Shown in pieces: positions 57,564 to 64,000 of a DNA stretch of 64,000 bases (its first letter is position 1; every line of letters starts with the position of its first letter). Source of the stretch: a virus; the IMG/VR virus record IMGVR_UViG_3300025000_000065, positions 47,970-111,969 of that record; one strand, given 5' to 3'. A program made the translations under genes and the position numbers. The notes under the pieces are model-generated. The model saw only the letters and a program-made list of their open reading frames with translations, did no database searches and was not told where the DNA came from.

Positions 57564-58565
57564 CTATTCATCAACTGCTTGATCTAGAACATCGAAATCA
57601 TCATTATCATCTTCAACTTCCGATACATCAAAATCTCTTGTAACCCTAAGAAAATTCCCCAATGGTCTAGTAACATATTTTTTAAAATAAAAATTTAAAT
57701 TATCGAAATCTTTAAATAAGTTTTTATCTTTGTAATATTCTGCTGGTTCTGTTTCTTCAATAATTCTAATAAAATTAGAAAAGGTTTCTTTACTTTTACC
57801 AACAACCGCTGTTTTTGTTTCTTTTGGATCAACCCCTGCTAATTTCATTAAATCTGAAAGTTGTTTTACTAAATTACTTGTATCTGAACCAGGTTGCTCA
57901 TTTGATATATCTATTTCTAATTGTTTTCGACAAACATTTATTAAAGAGACTTCATCGGCATAAGTATTTATACCATGAGATCCATCCCATTTTGATAATT
58001 TATCTTCTAAATAAGCCAATTCATCGACTGAATACTTATTTCCCCATTTTTTTCTTAATCTATCTATTTCCTCAATATCATACTCTGTATCTGTGATATC
58101 TTCTTCGAATTTTCTATTTTCTATTATATTATCCATAAATGTTAAATTTATTAAATCATCATTATTAACTGAACTTTGAATTTTGCTAATATAAAAACCA
58201 AAAGGATTATTGATAACTCTTCCTTTTTTCATAGTTGTGTCCAAATGAGTTTTTAATTTATCAAGAGCAACTTCACTATAAACAACATTTATGGTTTTAC
58301 ACACTCTATATACAGCTTTATCAAGTGTTCCTTCAACGCCATAAAAAGTGTTATACAATCCATCACAACAAGACTTGCAAACAGACATTCTTCCATTTGT
58401 ATCTAAAACTAAATCTGTTGCTTTGTAAAACTGTCCTTCTGAAAGTAATCTTTGACATTTTCTACAATAATTTGAAGATAGTCCACTAGCATCAGAAGAT
58501 AAAACACTTGATTTTAATATTTTTCTTCTGCTCCGAGTTGCCTTTTTAGGCTGTTCATTTTCCAT
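57564..58565 (-). CDS. Zn-finger protein upstream of TerL (possible terminase small subunit)
   Basis: CRKC...FYK...CKSC, KKWG..Y and IEETEPAEYY; synteny. Confidence 0.5.
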   Translation of the reverse strand: MENEQPKKATRSRRKILKSSVLSSDASGLSSNYCRKCQRLLSEGQFYKATDLVLDTNGRMSVCKSCCDGLYNTFYGVEGTLDKAVYRVCKTINVVYSEVALDKLKTHLDTTMKKGRVINNPFGFYISKIQSSVNNDDLINLTFMDNIIENRKFEEDITDTEYDIEEIDRLRKKWGNKYSVDELAYLEDKLSKWDGSHGINTYADEVSLINVCRKQLEIDISNEQPGSDTSNLVKQLSDLMKLAGVDPKETKTAVVGKSKETFSNFIRIIEETEPAEYYKDKNLFKDFDNLNFYFKKYVTRPLGNFLRVTRDFDVSEVEDDNDDFDVLDQAVDE

Positions 58566-58632
58566 ATTTTTAAACTCCAATACCAATAAAAGATCTTTTT
58601 TATTTAAAAATTTGCATCCCAAGATGCATCAG

Positions 58633-58707
58633 TAAAGGTGACTGGATTTGAACCAGTGATATCTACTTCCCAAAAGTAGCGCCTTAACCAGACTCGACTA
58701 CACCTTT
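58633..58707 (-). tRNA. tRNA-Pro (UGG), CCA not encoded
   Basis: Acceptor stem AAAGGUG/CACCUUU; anticodon arm CUACU-UUUGGGA-AGUAG; T arm ACUGG-UUCAAAU-CCAGU; discriminator A. Confidence 0.88.
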
Positions 58708-58735
58708 ATTTAAAATCCCCCTCAATCAATCTCAG

Positions 58736-59521
58736 TTATTCTTCTTCTTCATCCTCAAAAACGGCATCAATAGAACCCTTTATAGAACCCTTTAAAAATC
58801 CTAATAATTTAAATTCTAAATTGACATTCCATTTTTTGATGGGATCAAATTCCAATAAAACATCATCATCATATTCATCCTCATCAATAGGATCTTCTGA
58901 AGGAGGAATCACAACTGGTTCTTGGGGACTTTTTTCCCACATACCGGTTTCATCCTGTGCAATATAAGCAATTGTAGCTTTACTTGCATCAATGGGCAAT
59001 CCATATTCAAACCATTTTACTAATCCTGTTTTAACTGAATTAGGTTTATTTCCTCCCCAACCAATAACCAAAGGATCAGCTAATTCAACAACCTTTTTTA
59101 ATTCCGAATAAGAACCATCAAACCATGAATTCCATGTTCCAGATAAAATACGCAATATGGGTTTTGTTTTTAGATTTACTCTAGCATATAAATATTCTAA
59201 ATAAGCTCGAATATGATATAGTTGAAAAGTATCTCCGGCAGTTGAATCATAAATATCTAAAAGAATAGGAACTTCATTATTCCAATTATTTTCCTGTAAA
59301 TCATTAAGAACGGAGTGCATCACAGTTCCGTTTTCATTAATTCCAGCAGTTGTCGTAAGACCTAACTTATGAACCAATCCTTTTTTAGCATCTTTTATTT
59401 TGTTCCAGTTATCAAAAAACTGAGGATTAATTACATTTGACTTTACTGCTTCAATCCACACAATGTCCCAAGATGAAGGAACATTATTTATATAAAGATT
59501 ATAAACATATCCTTTTTCCAT
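58736..59521 (-). CDS. Hypothetical protein, possibly a degenerate GH25-like barrel
   Basis: NPQFFDNW, PILLDIYD and KPILR resemble GH25 segments; Pro/acidic linker. Confidence 0.45.
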   Translation of the reverse strand: MEKGYVYNLYINNVPSSWDIVWIEAVKSNVINPQFFDNWNKIKDAKKGLVHKLGLTTTAGINENGTVMHSVLNDLQENNWNNEVPILLDIYDSTAGDTFQLYHIRAYLEYLYARVNLKTKPILRILSGTWNSWFDGSYSELKKVVELADPLVIGWGGNKPNSVKTGLVKWFEYGLPIDASKATIAYIAQDETGMWEKSPQEPVVIPPSEDPIDEDEYDDDVLLEFDPIKKWNVNLEFKLLGFLKGSIKGSIDAVFEDEEEE

Positions 59522-59526
59522 AATAA

Positions 59527-59546
59527 AATAAAATCTCCCTTTTATT
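59527..59546. repeat. AATAAAA-N6-TTTTATT palindrome, copy 6
   Basis: AATAAAA tctccc TTTTATT. Confidence 0.7.
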
Positions 59547-59727
59547 ACATTTCTTCTTTTGATTTTTCTGGTTTTAGTTTTTCTTCTTGCAGTTTAGGAC
59601 TCTCAAATATTCTAAGTTGTTGTAAACCGCCTATTAACTGAAAAACTTCAGCATAAGGTTTAGACGCTAAATATTGTAAAACTGCATTTGCTAAATCTTC
59701 TTGAATTATAAATTGTTTCTTTTCCAT
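59545..59727 (-). CDS. Small conserved phage hypothetical protein
   Basis: N.VLQYL..KPY.EV.QLI pattern. Confidence 0.65.
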   Translation of the reverse strand: MEKKQFIIQEDLANAVLQYLASKPYAEVFQLIGGLQQLRIFESPKLQEEKLKPEKSKEEM

Positions 59728-59744
59728 TTATTTTTTAACCTTTT

Positions 59745-61034
59745 TTAATTTGGAATATTTATATACCATTGTTCTTCAAGACCTTTTTCCAAATCCCAAA
59801 GAAAACAACAGGTACTTCTAACAGCACCAACAAATCCTTTTTCATAATGCCAATTATCCGTTGGAGACATACTTGGTAAATATCGGCAAATTGTTCCACT
59901 CTTCTCAACGGTATGCTGAGAGTGTATGTGACCCATGTGTACCTCAGAATATTTTGTTTTTCCCCACTCTTCTCTTGCCTCTACCTGTAACCAGCCACTA
60001 GAGTTAGCTTTAGATAGATTTCCGTGTGAAATTCCTAAAAGTGTATTTCCTATAACTCTAAATTTTCTAATTTTATGATCCGTATCAATTTTAACACCAT
60101 TATGTTTTCTGAAATACATCTCCAATGATTTTACAAGATAATAAGAAAATCCTAAATCATGATTTCCAGGAATATGTAAAACTTCTACTTCAGCAATATT
60201 TGACAATTGTTCAATTGCATCTATAAACATGGTTGTTGTTTCATCAAAAACGGTTTGAAGTGTTTTATTATTAGAAACAGGAGTTCCACTTGTAGTAGCT
60301 CCATTAATACTATCAAAATTACTTGTATCGCCCATAGGAGTAAAATAAATTTTACTTATATTTTTGTCTTTTGTTCGATTTATAATTTCAGATAAAGTAT
60401 AATAAAAATCATCCTGTACAGTATCATCGTTTAGATAAGGCAGTTTTCCATTATGTAAATCAGCTATATCTATTTCTAAAACCTTCTCATTAACATCTTT
60501 ATATTTTTTTAAGTTTATCTTTGATTGATATTTATGATTCTCAAAAAAATTATCAACATCTTCAAAGGTAATAGATTTATTTTGTTTTGGTTTTGCGGTA
60601 AGACGAGATTGATAAAGTAGTAACCTTCCTTGATCATTTTTTCTTTGAGAATTCCATAGGTTATTTCTTACTAAATAAACTTCCCATAAATCAGGGTCAA
60701 GATTATGCAATTCTAACATTCTTTTAGGACTTCGTTTATCTTCTTCGCTCATTTCAACAAGCTTATCAGAATAATAAGTTCCATCTTGTTTCAATTCTGA
60801 AGCCTCATTATATATTACTTCATCTGCATCAATACTTTGATCCAAATCTTTTACATTATTATTAGAAACCATTTTTGTAAGAATGCCCTTTTTATATCTT
60901 TCTTTTTTAAATGCGGAGCGCATTGCTTCTTTACTAACATATTCATTGGGATATTTTTCCATTAATATATCCCAATATCTAGGTATTTTATTTAAATAAT
61001 ACTTGTAACATTCTTTGAAAATATGATCTTTCAA
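59745..61034 (-). CDS. Metallophosphoesterase-family protein with N-terminal extension
   Basis: ADLHNGK, MGD, PGNHD, SHG and MGHIHS. Confidence 0.8.
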   Translation of the reverse strand: MKDHIFKECYKYYLNKIPRYWDILMEKYPNEYVSKEAMRSAFKKERYKKGILTKMVSNNNVKDLDQSIDADEVIYNEASELKQDGTYYSDKLVEMSEEDKRSPKRMLELHNLDPDLWEVYLVRNNLWNSQRKNDQGRLLLYQSRLTAKPKQNKSITFEDVDNFFENHKYQSKINLKKYKDVNEKVLEIDIADLHNGKLPYLNDDTVQDDFYYTLSEIINRTKDKNISKIYFTPMGDTSNFDSINGATTSGTPVSNNKTLQTVFDETTTMFIDAIEQLSNIAEVEVLHIPGNHDLGFSYYLVKSLEMYFRKHNGVKIDTDHKIRKFRVIGNTLLGISHGNLSKANSSGWLQVEAREEWGKTKYSEVHMGHIHSQHTVEKSGTICRYLPSMSPTDNWHYEKGFVGAVRSTCCFLWDLEKGLEEQWYINIPN

Positions 61035-61071
61035 AAGTTTGCTCCTTGTTTAATAATTTTTATTTCCTTAT

Positions 61072-61091
61072 AATAAAATCTCTGTTTTATT
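61072..61091. repeat. AATAAAA-N6-TTTTATT palindrome, copy 7
   Basis: AATAAAA tctctg TTTTATT. Confidence 0.7.
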
Positions 61092-61094
61092 ATT

Positions 61095-61886
61095 TTATCC
61101 GTTCTTTATCCACTCTTCATTACTTCCCAAAGAATCTATTTGATAATGAATGTCAAATTCCAAAAATCTTACATCTTGAGGATACGTGTCCGATCCACTT
61201 GATCCAATTCTCGAAATTCTCCATAAAATTATGGTAGATAAAACTTTTTCAGACATTTCCAAAACAGAAAAATTTGAAGCATTATGTTCATTTAAAGTTC
61301 CATCAGCATAAACAGAAATGGCACTGGTATATGTATAACTTCCACTATATGCCTCTCCTACGTTTGCGACATCACAATCTAACTGCCATACAATACTTCC
61401 TGTAGAAGTAGATGTTGGACTCCAATGGATATGAGGATGAACAAAACTTCCTTCTTTCCATCTATGAGGCATTTGAGCCTGTCCTGCACATATTTCAATT
61501 GATGCAGGATCAAATAAAAAAGTTCCGATAAAAGGAGTGTCCAATGTGTCTTTTGATGCATCCGAAAGTCCTCCAGGAGGATTGATACCAGATGCGGGAT
61601 ATCTTAAATCTTCCCATGTTACAGCAGATCCAGTTAATCTAAGTTCTCCACGATTATTTACAGATAAGAAATCATTTTCACTTCCTATTTTTACCACTGA
61701 ACCAGATCCGTTTTGAAAAACATTTAATAAAGGAGATCCAGAAGAACCAGAAATATTTAATAAACTTATGGGACTTCCAGAATTTACCACATTATCTAAT
61801 TGCTTTAAAATTGTTCCTAAATTTACATTTTGGGAGGCTCGATTCATTCTGTTTAGTTTGGTTTCGTGATCATTACTTATAGGCAC
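61095..61886 (-). CDS. Putative head fibre / virion protein
   Basis: GELRLTGSA..WEDLR, QMPH.WKEGS..HPHIHW and FDIHYQIDSLGS; SGS-rich; AGGAGG SD. Confidence 0.6.
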   Translation of the reverse strand: MPISNDHETKLNRMNRASQNVNLGTILKQLDNVVNSGSPISLLNISGSSGSPLLNVFQNGSGSVVKIGSENDFLSVNNRGELRLTGSAVTWEDLRYPASGINPPGGLSDASKDTLDTPFIGTFLFDPASIEICAGQAQMPHRWKEGSFVHPHIHWSPTSTSTGSIVWQLDCDVANVGEAYSGSYTYTSAISVYADGTLNEHNASNFSVLEMSEKVLSTIILWRISRIGSSGSDTYPQDVRFLEFDIHYQIDSLGSNEEWIKNG

Positions 61887-62105
61887 ATCTGCCTCCTTTT
61901 AAACAATAATATAAAAATAATATTCTGACATATATATTTTACGTCTCAAAAATAATTATAATAATAAAAATACGGACAACCTTTTGGCTAAAAGGGGTGA
62001 TCTACCATATATGCTTGGCTGAATCTTATTATTTGAGTTGCCATCTCTCGATTCACTTTCTCTAACCAGAATATTATGTAAAAAAAACCTTAATTAAAAA
62101 CCGTC

Positions 62106-62297
62106 TCAATCATCATTCTGTATTCGTTCTCGTTCCCGATTCGCTAATTCCTTGTAGTGCACAATCGCATCAAAGTTCAGCGGATCATCGGCTTCGTATA
62201 TCTCAAGCATCATGAGAGCATAGTCAAGGTTGGTCATGACACTCTCCTTGTTCGGGTTGCGTGTTAGTGGTTTATAATCGGTTATCCATTTTTTCAC
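62106..62297 (-). CDS. Hypothetical protein
   Basis: 63-aa ORF overlapping the stop of the upstream gene; in the GC-richer module. Confidence 0.5.
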   Translation of the reverse strand: MKKWITDYKPLTRNPNKESVMTNLDYALMMLEIYEADDPLNFDAIVHYKELANRERERIQNDD

Positions 62298-62926
62298 TTC
62301 ACCTCAACCCAATATGTCTTAGCTTTTTCAGGATCAAACGCCAATGTCGAAACATGAGCAATCAAACACCGATATACTTTGGATTTATATGTCGCCATAT
62401 CATCAACAGAGTACGAAACACCTACCGCCCATTCTGCCACCGTTGCTGCTGCATCGTAGTATTTCGCCCATTTTGTTTTGTCCTTGTCGGGTGCTGTTAA
62501 TAGGGTTGATGTATGCTGTACTAAACATTTGAATAAGTTTTTCGCATACAGAACAACCATATTAACCGGATATAAAACGCCCACTTTCCAATCGGCTTTA
62601 CTCTTGACCTCTACAAGTGTTCCCACTAATGAAAGCGGTTCGTCAGTCCATGTGACAAGTGTCGCTACATCGAAACAATACGCTTCCTCAATCTTGAGTT
62701 TTATCTTTTCAACCTTGTCCGCTGTAAGTTTTGGTATTGTGCGTAATGCTGATACCTTTTAATAATCTGCTTTGATTGTTTCGGCTGCTTCAATGATTGG
62801 TTGGTCTGATAAATCAACCTGATTAATAATCACGTCTGCTACCATCTCACCGTTTACAAGTGCTGGTTCTGCCTGTATGATGTATTCGATAAGTTGCCCG
62901 AAGGCTGGAATATCTACGTATTTCAT
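62294..62926 (-). pseudogene. Carbohydrate-binding (CBM5/12-like) repeat protein interrupted by one in-frame TAA
   Basis: ATG at 62926 with AGGA SD; TAA at 62761-62759; the same frame then stays open to 62294 with two W.VGV.Y.V....Y....Y/F.CL..H.S repeats. Confidence 0.6.
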
Positions 62927-62930
62927 AGTT

Positions 62931-64000
62931 TTATCCTTTCTTGCATAAGCGACCACCGATAAACACGTACGTGTTCGCGGAGGAATAAAGCAGATACCAA
63001 TACCAGAGACCAGCAAACCCACCGAGGCCCCAGCGCCCGCCGACGACGGCAATATATTGAGCAGTGCTTTGATAATAGTAATCTTTGTAGAAATTTGCAC
63101 TAACATCCACAGGTAGCTCAATCATTGGATTAGCAGCATCAAAACCCATATACTTCACGTATCCACTTGCGTCTTTATTAACATATCCAATTTGTTCGTA
63201 GGGGCTCGCAAAAACATTACTGGCATAATCATCTGCGTCTTTGCAAAACCAGGCTTGCCGTGCGTTAATATTAAGGCCATCCACAAACTGCCAGACATTT
63301 CCATACAGATTTTCAATCCCTCGATACATAAATGGATTTTTACCGTTCGTATTATGCGCTAATGATCCACTGCTCGCAGAAATCCCACTTGAAAATCCAC
63401 TTTTCCAGCCACAGTTCCAAAGCACGTTACCCGTTGAAGCGTTAAAAGCAGCCCCGTCTACAGTTATTGTTGTTGATCCTGCACCTGGAGTATCAACTTG
63501 AATAAGCGTAATATTGCGTCCATAAAATACAGACGTATTACCAGCCGCTGTTCCCAATCCAACGGGTTGCCCAACAGCGAATTTAGCACCAATAGTATTT
63601 GCTACAACAATTGTGTTAGCCGCTGATGTGTCCGCTGTCAATACTTCAGTCGCTGCATAATTTCCAGCAGTCCACCCAGTCATAATCGCCTGGCTATCCA
63701 GCTTTGCAAATTCCACCGTGAACAAAACCTGGAGCATATCATACACGTGAATGTCTAATTGCTGATACCCAGTACCGTTGGCTTCTGCGTAGGTTCTAAA
63801 TTCGACGATGTTCTTGTTTATCAATGGATATTCGTTCGGCAAGCTGTTTAACTTCGTACCACCCGTCAGGGTCGTGCCTGCAGGATACTTTCCAACATAA
63901 ACCTTATCTAACCTAGCACCGGTTGAAAAATTGTAGCACGCCCACGGCCAATATGAATTTGGCATTCTCGCCTTACATATCTGTCTTATAAGGTGTGTGC
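62931..64000 (-). CDS. C-type-lectin/FGE-fold receptor-binding protein, DGR target type (5'-truncated by the window edge)
   Basis: VYVGKY, YRGIENLYGNVWQFVDG and C-terminal VGG.W..G..AGL.YW....SS......IGGRL; the frame is open to 64000. Confidence 0.8.
   Translation of the reverse strand, partial: THLIRQICKARMPNSYWPWACYNFSTGARLDKVYVGKYPAGTTLTGGTKLNSLPNEYPLINKNIVEFRTYAEANGTGYQQLDIHVYDMLQVLFTVEFAKLDSQAIMTGWTAGNYAATEVLTADTSAANTIVVANTIGAKFAVGQPVGLGTAAGNTSVFYGRNITLIQVDTPGAGSTTITVDGAAFNASTGNVLWNCGWKSGFSSGISASSGSLAHNTNGKNPFMYRGIENLYGNVWQFVDGLNINARQAWFCKDADDYASNVFASPYEQIGYVNKDASGYVKYMGFDAANPMIELPVDVSANFYKDYYYQSTAQYIAVVGGRWGLGGFAGLWYWYLLYSSANTYVFIGGRLCKKG
62944..63050 (-). other. Putative DGR variable region (VR)
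   Basis: A-depleted coding strand; presumed variable codons (CGC, GGC, CTC, TTT, TAT, TAT, CTT, TAT, AAC, TAC, TTT) all end in C/T, as expected from mutagenised AAY template codons. Confidence 0.65.

Noticed and set aside
58590-58632. Self-cleaving (HDV/theta-type) ribozyme downstream of the tRNA
   Set aside because: Only a short hairpin (tgcatc/gatgca) with a U-run is present; no nested double pseudoknot.
3640-63501. Short ORF-track entries antisense to or nested in long genes (for example 3640..3822, 30920..31186, 33208..33540, 53126..53500, 63241..63501)
   Set aside because: Shadow frames of well-supported genes, without SD sequences or protein-like features.
1-64000. CRISPR array
   Set aside because: No run of constant repeats with unique spacers of similar length. 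The 31-bp-period palindromes have only 2-3 units and operator-like geometry.
1-64000. Stop-codon reassignment (alternative genetic code)
   Set aside because: Genes are full length in the standard code, and TAA, TAG and TGA all end genes. The single in-frame TAA at 62761 is isolated.

Overview
This window is most of the core genome of a large, AT-rich (about 28% GC by eye) siphovirus-type phage with an SPbeta-like layout. Positions 1-24.9 kb (+ strand) carry a glycan/heptose cluster (GT2, GmhA, HddA), thyX, replication genes and nucleotide metabolism genes. The replication genes are an SSB-like protein, an intein-containing AAA ATPase, helicase, primase, MTase, RecJ, DNA polymerase and RecD2; the nucleotide genes are GuaB/C, NT5C, dNMP kinase, NrdJ and MazG. 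Positions 25.3-64 kb (- strand) carry lysis, tail, head and packaging genes, a tRNA-Pro and a GC-richer terminal module. The endolysin style and an FLPLI motif suggest a Chloroflexota host (inference). Main observations: (1) tandem NrdR-box-like palindromes at exact 31-bp spacing sit upstream of the endolysin and the RuvC/recombinase operon, not the RNR gene, suggesting lysis and DNA maturation are tied to the dNTP pool; (2) about 40 Ser-Gly-Ser motifs are concentrated in virion proteins of a phage that encodes heptose synthesis and a glycosyltransferase, a candidate virion O-glycosylation system; (3) a group I intron in the tape-measure gene appears to end in A rather than the canonical G; (4) a DGR-type variable region; (5) a family-B-type polymerase with a DnaE-like C-terminus; (6) a promoter-driven structured ncRNA candidate; (7) a dispersed AATAAAA-N6-TTTTATT palindrome. 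All calls come from reading motifs by eye; no database searches were run.
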